Of a DNA stretch of 64,000 nucleotides, positions 13,345 through 25,734 are shown piece after piece. Under the pieces are notes generated by a model that was given only the letters and a program-made list of their open reading frames with translations, did no database searches and was not told the DNA's origin. This stretch comes from Ramazzottius varieornatus. Lineage: Eukaryota > Animalia > Tardigrada. Positions within the stretch are counted from its first letter, which is position 1, and each line of letters opens with the position of its first letter. The stretch lies in assembly GCA_001949185.1 (NCBI GenBank), contig BDGG01000005.1, positions 868,001-932,000 on the forward strand, written 5' to 3'. The translations under genes were made by a program, and so were the position numbers.

Positions 13345-14826
13345 TTAGAACGAGCGGATCAGGTTAATCTGGAATGTCTCCATGACCAAATGGTCATCCT
13401 CAAATACCACAATGAGATTAAGCTCAAAACCTGGAACAAAGTTTCGATAAAACCTGAACCAGTTTTGAACGACGATGGAACTCCTGATAGTGACCTTTTC
13501 TTACCAATTCTAAAGGAGGGAGTAGCTATGGAAGCACATGTGAACATTCTGGGAAAGACCATGTAAATAGGAATGGGGACATTTCGGCAGATATCGCCGT
13601 CACCGATCTGAATGTTCTGTATTTCAGAGACCTCGCGAGCTGGTCCCTCAGCAGCACCGCAGACTTCGACTCGTAATAACTGCAGCTCGATGGACTTTAC
13701 GCCTATGTCACAACGCTCGAGGATCAGTTCGCCTGTTAACGGCTTGGCAATTTCGAAGGATGACTTGTCGAGTTGTCCATGTATACGAAACTTCGGGAGC
13801 TTCCCACTCTGTAAAAGAAGTGCACTGAGTCTGAATGGAGCCATGGACATTTAGTAGGTCACAAACAAGCTGAATAAGAATGTTTTTCCCAGAGGCGCAC
13901 AGTCTCAAGGTCGACGCACCACGGCGTGCGCCACTTGGCTGATCGAGCTCGTTGAATTCGTTCGCTCAGCTTTTCTGGCCCATTTTCCTGGTGCGATTAC
14001 CTCGACGACATTCCGCAAAGACTCCGGAGTGATGTCGAAAGTCAGTGGACTATTCAGCGAATTGTCAGGATTTTCCTACAAAGAAAACTCATTCATTTAC
14101 AAGACTGCTCAAACGTCAACAGAATAAAGCTCATACCGGTGTCTCCACGACAAACTCCAGGCTTTTCGCCAAGTCTCGATTCAACACGGATCGTTTCATT
14201 TCAACCTTAACGATGTACTGCAGAGACGAAAGCATTTAGAAAGAAGGAAAGCATGTGTATAACTTGCACAAGTGGGAAATAGGGATTAGGTACCTGGATA
14301 GTGATGCTGACGCCATGGTACGTTTCATACAGAATCTTGTTGTTCAAGGGAGCGAGTTTGACATTGAAGGGGATTCTGGTGATGCCGGTGGACAGTCGAC
14401 CGGGTTTCAGTAGCTCAAAGCTCGATAGGATGATCATCGTTGGCTAACACAGAAAGCGTTTCCGGTTAGAACACCCATATTAAGCCGTGGGAGCTGCATA
14501 TAACCCACCTTGAGTGAACTGGAGAAAGTCTCCAGCAGTATGTTCTTATTGTCCGCCTGGAGCGTTACGGTTCCTTCTACCGACAGACCTATGCCATCGT
14601 GCTTGTTGTCACCGGAGGAATGAACAGTAACCAGACCGGAAATTGTGTCCTAGAAAGAAGACAATCAAGTAAGCCTGGTAAGGTGCTCAACTGCTGACTG
14701 CTGCCAAGAGAGGTATTAACATAGAAAGCGAAGCAAACCCAACTCTATACTCACACCCTTGCGGTAGGTCTTGTTCGGACGCGAGACACTGACATCCAAA
14801 GCCACGTTGGTACCTCCGAATGCCAT
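13345..14826 (-). CDS. VPS26C: Vacuolar protein sorting 26C (DSCR3), retriever subunit
   Basis: Exons give ALDVSVSRPNKTYRKG, LYETYHGVSITIQY, IKS/VKSIELQLLRVEVCG, EIQNIQIGDGDICRNVPIPIYMVFPRMFTC and FELNLIVVFEDDHLVMETFQINLIRSF*. Confidence 0.93.
13877..13950. repeat. Palindrome copy (VPS26C intron)
   Basis: agaggcgca-N27-tgcgccact-N9-gagc. Confidence 0.82.
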
Positions 14827-15170
14827 CGCGCATCCAAAGCCTTCTTAGGGAGTCTGACTGTCTGACTGTTGTGGGACTTGAAGCAGTTCGGAATTCGGAA
14901 CCAGCATGCAAAAATTGGCACACAAGTCACAGCCAATTAAGTGTGGTGAGTCGGTGACCATTCCATCGGCCATAAAACAGCTGATCGTTTCCCATCAATG
15001 TTGTGGTTTTTGAATACCCTTTTTCTAGCCAATTGCGCAGGCTTCGTTAGAGAAAGCCAGGCTGACTCTAACGGTCTAAGCCGAACTTCCAAGAGATCTT
15101 GATCTGCACCTGAAGTCATACGTTATTTCACCCCACTAGAATTCCTGCGGGACGAAAGCTCGTGTTTGCC

Positions 15171-16852
15171 ATGCATCGCCAGCCCGTTTGCAGCATATCT
15201 AGATTTGCCGCCTTCGCCTATCCCGGCTTGTGGCCATCACCAACGTTGTCGTCCATTTCCGGCTGCGCTCTTCCCTTCTCAAACAAACGTCGGGGTTTTC
15301 CTGTTCACTCACCCCGCTTCTCTTCCCAATCGTCCGATGCTGTATCAGAAGCAGAAAGGGTTTCTAATCACAGTTAGTGCCGTTTAAATTTCATCATGAC
15401 GAGCTAGCATGAATTCCATGGTCCACCGGAATTATGTTTACTGCAGGTCGACCCACGGCGAAGAAGCTAGTTGAAACGGAACAAAGAGGAGATGTCATGC
15501 TAATTGGTCTAAATCGCCCGGAAAAGCGTAACTGCGTCAACGAAGCCACGGCGAAAGAACTCCTTGCTGCTGTCACCGAATTCGAGGAGAACAAGAGTGC
15601 TAAGGTTGGCGTTCTGTATGGAAAAGGTGCTATGAGATCGCTGAACCATCTTCAAGCCACAGCTAAAATGACTAATAGCGTAGGCAATATCCATAACACG
15701 TTGAAATCTTACAGGTGGATACTTCTGTGCTGGGTGGGACCTATCGGCGTTGTCCGGAAGGGACGCAGAATGGGTGAAGAGCCTTCCAGCCTTTCCTGCT
15801 CTGATGGGGCCTACTAGGAATTTCATCAATAAGCCTTTGATAGCTGCCATCCAAGGATACGCAGTCGCAGGAGGCCTCGAGCTCTCCTTGATGTGTGATA
15901 TGCGCTTCATGGAAGAAGATGCCATATTGGGCGTATTTTGCCGCAGATATGGTATCTTTGATTCTTCTATGTATCTCATATCAATTTTGTTCGTTTGTAT
16001 GGTGGTCCGCAACATCATTTTATTTTTTCGATAGGTGTGCCGTTAGTCGATGGTGGAACGGTTCGACTACCCGCGCTGATTGGATTATCGAGAGCTCTGG
16101 ACTTAATTCTCACCGGTCGGCCTGTGGATGCGAAAGAGGCTTTATCGATGGGTCTTGTGAATCGAGTCGTTGGACGCGGAAGTGGTACGTATCACCGGCC
16201 CAGGCTTTGCTGTTACCGTATTGCCTCGTGCTGGCTCTGACAGTATACAGCAAAAGACTGGACGTTCGTCAGTTCATGGTGAATTCATCTGTAGCGATTG
16301 GGGAAGCCTTGAAGGCGGCACAAACCATTGCCAGGTTTCCCCAGGAATGTATGCTGGCTGACCGAGAATCAGCTTACCATTCGACCTTTACCGCCAAGTC
16401 TTTGGAGGATGCTCTGGTCTTTGAACACGAGAAGGGAAAGCAGATCATTATAAACGAAGCCATAGCAGGTACCAAAACCCGCTCAATCCTTCATTAAACT
16501 TGAATACTGTATTCCCTCGATAGTTCTGCGATTACGTCATCATGCCAGTGAATTACACCCGCACTGGTATCGCTGATTGTTTGATTGTCGCCCATCATTA
16601 CACTTGACTGGGGAGCAGTCTTTGATTGAAGGTATAGATACTTTCTGTTCCCCGCCGGATGATATTTACCACGACAGTTACGTGATTGGCAGAACGTTGG
16701 AGGGAATACAGTACTTTATGAAGACGAAAATTTTAGATTTCCGCCGTTGGTTTTCAGGCGCAAAGGGTTTTGTTTTCGGTCTCGGAAAGCACGGCAAGTT
16801 CAATTTCAACGCTCAGAAGATCAACGACCTTGTTCACTCTGAGAAAAAGTAA
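15171..16852 (+). CDS. Enoyl-CoA hydratase/isomerase (crotonase family), probably mitochondrial
   Basis: [63 protein letters not shown], terminal GLGKHGKF; basic/Ser-rich N-terminal presequence-like first exon. Confidence 0.92.
16507..16711. mobile_element. MITE (~205 bp, ~30-bp imperfect TIRs, TA flanks) in the last intron of the enoyl-CoA hydratase
   Basis: TA|CTGTATTCCCTCGATAGTTCTGCGATTACGT ... ACGTGATTGGCAGAACGTTGGAGGGAATACAG|TA. Confidence 0.8.
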
Positions 16853-17195
16853 AGTCTTATCTATTGTTCTTGTTGAAATGAGACATTTTGAGCTTCACCG
16901 GGAAGCATGGTTCACGCGCTAATTCCGAAGATTAGGATTTCAAACGTCCGCCGATGGACTTTTTTCGGGTTTTCCTGCTTGTGTTTACATCTGTCGTTGA
17001 CCTCAATCACGGTCCATGACGAGCACGAGAAAACGGATTCCTCTCTCGTTCTACAGGGCAGAACCTGGAAAGTTTAAGCTAACAGTAAGTTGACCTTTTG
17101 TAGACCTCCAATACAAGTGGTCATTAATTGAGGACTAAATATTAAATTTATCTCCACTGTTCAGGAAACGACTTTTGTGTTAACAGGGCTTTGAC

Positions 17196-18800
17196 ATGGG
17201 AAAGCCGAACTTCAGAACTTTCTTGTCAACTTCTCTGTGTGCGGCCTTTTGCGGAATTTTCATATTCGATGCAGCTTTTTTTGCTCTGCAAGACAGGCCA
17301 ATAAAAGCCCTTTCCGGAATTTTCGCAATATCTAGGGTTCTATCTTGACAGTCCATGATTATTATGATAAATCTCTGTAACGTCGCCTTTTTATTGGTCG
17401 CCTTCGATCCAATGCGCCGACGGTGGTTTACGGCTTAACTATAGGAGAGCTCTGATTTCAGGCTTGTAATTTAAAAAGTTACTATCGTTCACCCCAGGTC
17501 CCCAGCGGGTGACTGTTAACAGTGACGCATGGACCCCATGATGTGAGGTCACCGTACATGGTATGTTATATGTGATGTTACATGACAAATGGCATTACAC
17601 ATGGCCGGAAAAGTAGCACTTTTGTAGGTTCGGACTGCTCCCGGACGGCGCATTATCAAAGGTTCAGTCGGCCGAAACTACCTCTAGTGAGTTTGCTGAG
17701 CACACAAGGAAGCGGCAATACGTGGCTTCGATGGCTGATCGAACGGCTGACCGGTGTTTGCACCCGGTGTCTACAAGTGTCTATGAGGGCGAGAAAGATC
17801 TTCTAAGAAAAGGTAACTTCGACCCATGGGAGACGCAGTCACGGATTGCTTGGTACAACATGGACATTTTAGGTCTTAAGTGTGAGATGGGAAGGCCGCA
17901 AAACAACAGAAGCATAGTCCAGAAATGCCACTATTAGAACCATCGTCGGACCCAGAAGGTTTTGGTAATAAGTGAACCAATTTCCTTGTACGGTACTGTA
18001 CATCGGTTCCTTTGTTATCATTCGGTTTCTTCGCGTTTCCGAATTTCGAAAGACCACACAGCTATTGTTTTTGCCAGTTATGATTCGAAATCCGTCCCCG
18101 ACTACCATCGAATGCACACCAGAGCTAATCACACTGGCCTGGCGGATCTCGAGGTCTTCTCAACCAAAAGTAAGCGAACAGTCAAACGAACCAGCTATAG
18201 CTTGTACTTCGGTTTGCTCGTATTAAATTACTGAGTTTCTGGTCTTATGATTACGTGGAATCGGAGTAATTTTGCACTCATAACGTGCAGGATCGCTGGC
18301 TCGAGTGGCGCACCCTTCCAGCCAATAACAGTGAAAGAATGCGCTACTAGAGAGGACGATCTTTTGTTCAGCTCCACATGTCGATGAGAGGCTCTAATTT
18401 TAACTTTCGTGACATAGAATGGGCAGATTTCGTCGAGAAGGAACGCAGTCTTGAATGGCTCGACCAGATCCGGTTCGTCCTTTCACAAGCCGAGTATGGA
18501 ATGGTCGTTTTCTACGAGAACCTGCAATCGGACTTGCAGCACGAACTGCGCAGGGTCGCCGACTTTCTGGACGTCTTTGTCACGGAACAACGGCTCGAGT
18601 GTACAGTACGGCACTCCGCTGGGAATTTCAATAGAAAGAAGATCAGCGACAATACTCAGTTTTATACCAGTACTCAAATGAAACTGATCTCTCTGCTTAT
18701 GGCTGACGCCGTGGAAATATTGCGACTGCACAATGTAACCAACATACCTGAGATATACGCAACGTTTCTTATTCACCCACCATATTCAAAGAACGAATAA
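17196..18800 (+). pseudogene. WSCD-like Golgi type II sulfotransferase, disabled
   Basis: N-terminal TM exon, 5'-PSB motif LLSTQGSGNTWLRWLIERLTG, IRNP and C-terminal VVFYENLQSDLQHELRRVADFL. Disrupted by a frameshift at ~17765, an in-frame TAG at 17935 and a second frame switch at ~18095. Confidence 0.75.
18291..18361. repeat. Palindrome copy (sulfotransferase intron)
   Basis: gatc-N9-agtggcgca-N27-tgcgctact-N9-gatc. Confidence 0.92.
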
Positions 18801-18939
18801 ATCAGTTGTGAAGCCTCCCACGACAACTGCGTTTCCAACCCCACTGCAGGCAACAAAATTGTTAGCGATTGAATATCCCGCACAAACATATTCAGCAAGT
18901 GGAAGAAAGCATCACGACAAGTAAAACAACGCAAAAGGA

Positions 18940-21583
18940 TCAGCAGCAGCCGCCCTTCTTCTTTTTCGGCTTCTTATCTGCAACCGAACAGAGTTCTCAT
19001 GTGTAAAATTTGTTCAATGATTTTCCATATCTTATTATTAAGAGCTCACCTTCATCGTGTTCGGTGATGTCGTGACGTTCAGTATGGATGAGCTCTCCGT
19101 CGGGTCCCACAGTGGTCACATGGCTGTGGAGCTCGTCGTGACGATGCGACTTGCCTGCCGCAGAATGGTCGGGGACCTCTCCCTCAAAGTGGTCTCCCAG
19201 AGCGCCAGTCCGACCGGAATGGCCTTCGATCTCTTGGGCGTCATGAGGCTCTCCTTGTTCATCAATGTAAGAAGGAATAAGCCGGTGGGAGATATGATGG
19301 TTCACGTCATCATCGTCTTCCTCTGCACCTTCACGATCGCTATGATGAAGCTTGCTGTGAGTATCGAAGAGCCGACTGTGTTGAGATCTGCCAAGATCCG
19401 CCTTGCTCGTTCCATCTTCTTCCTCAAGGTCTAACCGGGACCTCGAACCAGCCCGGGACTTGTGGGACTTGTGACTGTGGACGGAGAGCTTGCTCGTCGA
19501 AGGCTGTAGCGTTGTGGTACTGGTACCGTTCATATTTAGTGTAGAGCCCGGTGTCAGGTTGGCTGTTGAACCTGGCGTCAAGACAGCCGTCGAACCTGCC
19601 GTAAGACCCAGCTTGCTCTTGGGTTCGCCCAGGTTTTTTTGACTGGGGCCACCGGGTAAGCTCTGGCTCCTGCTGGGACCCAGGGTTGCTCCGTCATGAT
19701 CGTGTCGGGACTTGGCGGAACCGACGACAAGCTGAGAGTGGCTTTTGTTGATGGCTTCACGCAGCATCACGGAATGCGCACTCTTGTTGAGTTCGGCGCG
19801 GCCTTGCGCGTACAGACCTTGCTGGGCCGGGTCAGGTACCTCGATCACGTCGTCATCGCGGTGATGTCTGTGGCGACTTTCTTTCGAATGGTGGCGCTTT
19901 TTCTCGTCATACTCGTGTCGATCGTGGTGACGATTGTGGTGACTTTCGCGTTCAGTATGTGCGTCTCTTTCGTGACTGTCAGGGAAATATCGGGAAAAAC
20001 TGTCACAAACTATACGGATCTTCAACAAATGACATGAACCTGGTCGTTTTGTCCAAGTAGCGCACAGTAACTACCAATTACAATAGAAAGTGCGCCATTT
20101 CAGAGAACAATCGTTTTCAGTTCATTTGCCGGCGTTTCGTATTCCGCATAAAGCCATAAAACAGCTTTTTCCAACAGATATACCTGGTGGGAGAATGAGA
20201 TCTTCGGTGGTGGCGATCTTGGTCTGGTGAATCAGCCTTCCTGTGGTGTCTCTCCGGAGACTCGGACCTTCGTTGTCGTCGATCGGTGGACCGGTGGTGT
20301 CTAGTGTGTCGTCCTTCTGAATCTTCCTCGCGCTCCTCTTCGTCGTCCGTCATACTGGAGTTCTTCTTCAGCCGCACAACGAAGGTCCGTCGCCGTTTAC
20401 GTTCGGCGCCGGGTTGCTCGGCTTCTTTGACTTCATATGGATTCTTTCCACTGCGCTTGATGGGGACAACCATGTTCGGGCGTCCTTCTAATGTGTACTC
20501 AACGTGGCGAAACTTCTCATACGGACCGACTGCGACGTAGTAGCCGTTGGTCTTGAGATCGGCGACATGTTCGATAAGCTTTCCATCGAGAGTACAAAGG
20601 CTGGAAGATAATCAACTGAATATGGATCCACCTACATACAGTTCCGGGCAAAATAACTTCGTTTCTTCCAAATGCTTCGTCCGGGACTTACTTTTTACAG
20701 AAGCCACCTGCAGGTTTAATTTTTTCCGCAATGGTATCCTTCGCTCGTAGAATATTCCAAAGATCAAATTTCCTAAGCATAACTTTGGCGGGTGGGTTCA
20801 CGTCGTCACCATTCCGGAAAACGCTGGGGAACGACACATAACACTGAACACAAAAGTCTGCCGACAAAGCTTCGTAAAAGACAATACGATATCACTCATA
20901 CTGGATTATAACGAGCTGAACACTTCCCCGTTGGCTGTCCTGTACTTCTTCTCCGCTAAACTGAGGCGCAACAGGTTCCTAGATAGAAAATTCCAGCTCA
21001 GGATAAGCTTTACACGGTAAAGGAAACTAAAAATCAGAGAAATAAGAAGATTCAGCCACTGTACCTTGGGAGGCGGCGCGGTTTTCGAAGATATCGACAT
21101 GCGATTCTGCCGAGGATTGACCGGTACAATAATGCTCTTATCATAACCGTTGGGAATCGTCTGGAACTTATCCGTGCCGGCAATAACGTAAACACCGTTT
21201 GGTTCCAGTTGAGCCATGTCTTTCACTTCCGTTCCATTCGTCGGAGTAAAGACCCGTTTGACCGCGCCAAATGTCGGGCGTACCTTGTCGGAAATATCGG
21301 CCAAAACTCCTTCCCATGTCTTGGCCTTCTTCTCGTTCAGCTGAACAGGTCGACCACGACTCAGCTTATCGCCATTATTGATCACAACAAGACGTCTACC
21401 GGTAGGAAAACTCTGCCGTTCTGGCTGATCTGATGCTTCTTCTTTCTCACGGCTCTCACGTTGCGAGTCTTCGCGGCCCCCAGGCTTGGTACTTTTGGCC
21501 GGTGGATCGTGTGAACCATCGCGATTATTGTCTTTCTGCTCTTCATGATGTCGACCGCGTTCGTTTCGACCGTTTTCGGCCAT
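18940..21583 (-). CDS. Tandem doublecortin (DCX) domain protein, paralog B, with His-rich tail ending KKPKKKKGGCC
   Basis: DCX1 RRLVVINNGDKLSRG...TWEGVLADISDKVRPTFGAVKRVFTP...YVIAGTDKF; DCX2 VFRNGDD...LCTLDGKLIEHVADLKTNGYYVAVGPYEKF; last exon 18940-18977 joins in phase to the donor at 19049. Confidence 0.85.
20042..20113. repeat. Palindrome copy (DCX paralog B intron)
   Basis: ggtcgttttgtccaagtagcgca-N26-tgcgccatttcagagaacaatc. Confidence 0.82.
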
Positions 21584-21763
21584 TCTTTACAAAAATAGTA
21601 CCGGGTGATGAAAATACGACAATACCCTATTTTTTACAGTGGATATAAACGGAAAAACTTCCCCTCTTACAGCACCAAACAGCTAGTTTTGCTTTCTACA
21701 TCAAACAACTTTACATTTGTTACCATGAGAATCACAGAATACATTCTACAGAAAAAGAACGTT

Positions 21764-23998
21764 TTAGAAAACTCGTCTTGGGTCGGCCCAAGTATTTGGC
21801 TGGTGCACAGGCAGAACTACACTATCTGGAATCTCTGGAATGCGGGCTCCTTCTTCATGATCAAAGTCGTGACTTTCACCTTGATTGATTCTTCTGGACT
21901 TGCTCTCATCAACCTTTCTCGAACTATAGTCTCCTTTTGCTCGTGGTCTTCCGGGTCCATGAAGTTCTTCTTCGGTATTGGTGGGCGGACTACGGTGGAG
22001 TTCTGGCCTATGCTCTACATGGCGACGCTCGTCCTGCGCCTTCTGCCCGTGGATGGGCTCGAAGCCGTGATCCACCAGCGACGTGTCGGACATGAGGAGG
22101 AAGTCGCTAATGGGATACCTCCTGACATCGTCCAACCGCTGATTCTTGGCTCGAGGTCGTCTGGCTTCGTACTTGACGATCCTGGGCTTGACGTGGTCTT
22201 CGTGTAGTCCGTCTGGTCGATAGGGTGTGAAGGCGCTGAAACGTTCGCCGGGACCCAGCACGACATAGTAGGCGTTAGGCTCCAGGTCCTTGACGTGCTT
22301 GACGGGCCGACCACCCATCGTCACTAAACTACAGTATAACAACGCCCGTCGGGTGAAATGTACGAGCCGTGAGAAACCTTTGCAATCATACCTCATGACT
22401 GCCCCGCTCAACGGGCGTACTTTCTTTCCGACGGCGTCTTTGACGAGGTTCATGTTGAACAAGTCGAAACCTTTCAAGATAACCCGTACTGCTGAACTAA
22501 CGGCGTCTGCGTTCCGAAAAACACTATAAATTCAACCACATAAGATCTGCAATTGAAACCGATGAAAGCAAAGTGCGGCAGTAAGTACCTTACTTTATGG
22601 GGAAAATGTTCGTTGGATGGTGGCGCGCGTCGATCGCCGGCAACGTCGCACTGCGCGTAACCAATAATCTCTGAAGAATGAAAGAACGATCGTCCAAACT
22701 CAGATACAGAAATCCATGTTGAAGAAATCGCTTACGTCTTTGAAGTGAACGGTTGCGTGCTTGATGACTTTCTCAGCATGAAATAGGGCTTGAACCGCGG
22801 GACTATTCACCCTCCGTGCCGGCGGAAACCTCGGATTCTTCCGATGATGTGTATCCCCTCCGACAATGTACACTCCATTATCACGAAGTTCATGCATACC
22901 ATGCACTTCATTTCCATGCACCGGAGTGAAGACCCTGGTCACCTTCCCGAACTTGGGGCGTACCTTCTTGGTCCACTCGTCCAACACCTGATCCCAATTC
23001 TTGTACGTTCTGTTGGTCATCACGAACTTGTGGCCTACGTCCAGTGGATTTTCATTGTTGAAAATGATCATCTTCTTGGCAGTGGGAAGCTTTTTGTCCA
23101 GCGACATGGTCAATATGCCCGGCCATGTCTTTCCCGGAGCGAACTTCGTGTAATTTGGTGGATGTCTGGATGTCGCTTGTTCAGGATGACCACTCTTCGT
23201 GTGTCGTTCACTTCCGTGCTGGTCTGACCCGTAAACCAAATTCTGAAAATCATTCTTGTGTCTCGACTGAGCAGTGCTTCGTGGAGAAACTGCATCGTTG
23301 GCCGGCGAAGCGCGCTGACCCCTCGGATTGTGCTTCCTTTCTTCTCGGAAAGGCTCTTCACGAACCGAATGCTGACTTGTGCCATCCGGTCTTTTCGCTT
23401 TTATTTCCTCTTGATCATCGTTTCTTCTGGAATGTGATCTTGATCGATATTCCCTAGACTTTTGTCTCGAAGACCGTTGGCGGCTACTTCGATCGGAATA
23501 ATCAGCTTCTGACCGGTCTGTAACAGACGCATCAGATCTTGCGGAACGGGAAGCTGAGCGATGTGTGCCATGTGAAGGAGCGGCAGAGCGTTCAGAACGC
23601 GCGGAACGATCCGAACGGCCGGACCGGTCAGACCGATCTGAGAGTGCAACGGAACGGTTAGAGCCAGAAGGCCGCAGTTTTCCGTCGTTTGGATCTAGTC
23701 GGTTTTTTCTGGTGGAACTCAGGACCGGTGTGTTCGACTTCGCTCTGGAGAAATCCATTCCAACCGGAAGCAGTCTGTCTTCGTTATCTTTGGGTGCTCG
23801 CTTACTCGTGCTGAACGTCGATCCTGTCGCTGAAGGCTTGGCCGAAAGTTCAGTCGTGCTTTCAGTTATGTGTAAGGCAGACGGAACTTTTGATGGACGT
23901 TCAGGAAGTAACGGCGAGGGTTCTCGAGAAGGAGGAAGGATGGTCGAACTGGCATTGGAAGGAACATTACCCACTTCCGCCTTCGAATTGTCACCCAT
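21764..23998 (-). CDS. Tandem doublecortin (DCX) domain protein, paralog A, with long S/R-rich N-terminus
   Basis: DCX1 KMIIFNNENPLDVGHKF...NWDQVLDEWTKKVRPKFGKVTRVFTP...YIVGG; DCX2 VFRNAD...LVTMGGRPVKHVKDLEPNAYYVVLGPGERF. Confidence 0.85.
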
Positions 23999-25307
23999 TT
24001 CGTCGCTCTCAACCGACTCTATCGAACTAATTTCTATCTTAGCAGCGGAGTGCGGGTCAGAACGGAGTGTGATTTTGGTAACGTGAGTTTGATGAGAATG
24101 TGAGTGTGAATGAGGATGAGGGTGTGGTGCGTGTGGGTCTAAGTGGATGGTCTGTTCATGTGGAGTGATGTCTTGATGAGAAGGTGCATTGTCGTTGCGA
24201 GATTGCGGTCCGATAATCTGGTTGACAGAGGGGAGCTTTTCAGGAGAGCGGCGTTCAGGATCAACAGGTGATTCGCATCCCGGAAGTCCACCACAGCCGG
24301 CGCGACCAGAAGGGTTAGATAATAGTGTCTAAAGGAACCCGGCGGCCCGACATATATTGAGGAATAAAATACAATGATGGATATCAATTAGTAGTACAGA
24401 GAGCTTCCGGCACAAAATTACTCAAAGCTTATTAGTACATCGTTAGAAACCTTAAGTTTACTCGAAGGGCGGATCTTCGAACCCTTTCCTGGGAAAGCCG
24501 TGGTCAGAAAGACGCGATGTATTCACTGCCGTGGATCCATGGAAACTTCTGCCTAATCAAACAAAGTCGACTCGCCAAAACTCCTCTGCACCCAGCATGA
24601 GTTCTGGCGACACGACTACTCGGAATTTCGAAGCTTACTGAACGATATAGTCACTTTCCCTAACTCGAAAAGACTGAAGTCTGTGAAGGGCCCTCGACTT
24701 TTTAAATTTGGAGCTCGAGATGGTGGGGGACTTACAGTCCGCGAGCCTTTGAGCCTTTGTCAGTCAGATTCTCGAAGAGTCGCCGGCATCTGTAGTTCGA
24801 GGTCCCTCGTAGCTCTCCAGACGATGTTGATCCTGTTGTCCTTGTCCCAGTTTCAGGTGTATGATGACGAAGTGACGAAGAGCTTCATAAATCAGGGTTT
24901 TCTGAGCAGCTAATGCTGCGCTGACGTGGAATTCCTCAAGGCCGAGAGCACTCCAGAACCGATGCAGAATATGCGGTTATTCACCCATGCTGTCCTTGGA
25001 AAAACAGAAAAAACAGGTTTCTTCCGGACGTTCCTCGATACTGTCTGCCTCGTTTCTGCTGGATAGGTATTTTTGGTATAGTAAGAAAAATTCCAAGAGT
25101 TCGTTGAAAACACCTCAAAATTCGCCAGTCACCCACATTTGACACGTGCCACGTGAAATCCCTCGAATTCGCGTTGCACACGGAAGGCTATAAGACGACC
25201 TTGGTGAAACGCAGAGACCCACAGTCAACGTTTTTTCTGATAAAAACTTCATCGCCGTTTGTCGAACTAGTTTGTTCTCGGAGTTGGTCCCGGTTCCCTG
25301 ACTTATC

Positions 25308-25734
25308 ATGAAGTATGTCGTTGCTGTCACATTGGTCATGACCGTGTTGGTCGCCCTTTTCATCCAGCTGGAAGCCGCTCCCGCCGCCTCTGGTATGTGA
25401 AACCAATACTTGCGTTAGTGCTCTCGATTGCCGATGGTGTGTCGTTCCTAATCCTTCTTATTTCACCATCCTGTTTAAAGGCAAAGCTGTCCGCGACTGG
25501 ATGAAAGGTGGTACCAACGTTCCCTTCGACGAATCCGTCAAGGCCTCGATCAAGTCGTGCTTCAAGAAGAACTGCAAATCAAAACGTGTTACTGGTCCCC
25601 GTGTCTGCGGCGCTGATGGAAAACGCTTCAAGAACTCGTGCAAACTCACCTGCGCGCGTATGAGTGGATACACCTCCAAGCAGGTTGCTTGCCCACCGGA
25701 AACCGCTGCCACTCTAGCTGATGCCGATGAATAA
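25308..25734 (+). CDS. Small secreted cationic Kazal-like protein
   Basis: Exon 25308-25392 encodes a signal peptide (MKYVVAVTLVMTVLVALFIQLEA); exon 25481-25734 has six Cys including VCGADGKRFKNSCKLTCA. Confidence 0.85.

Noticed and set aside
15171-16852. Enoyl-CoA hydratase as a horizontal transfer from bacteria
   Set aside because: It resembles a bacterial crotonase subfamily, but it has several introns and a targeting-like presequence, and similar genes exist in other invertebrates. A phylogeny would be needed.
24600-24965. Coding-like minus-strand fragments between DCX-A and the Kazal gene
   Set aside because: Interrupted by stops in all frames and not assignable to a family; possibly a decayed relic.
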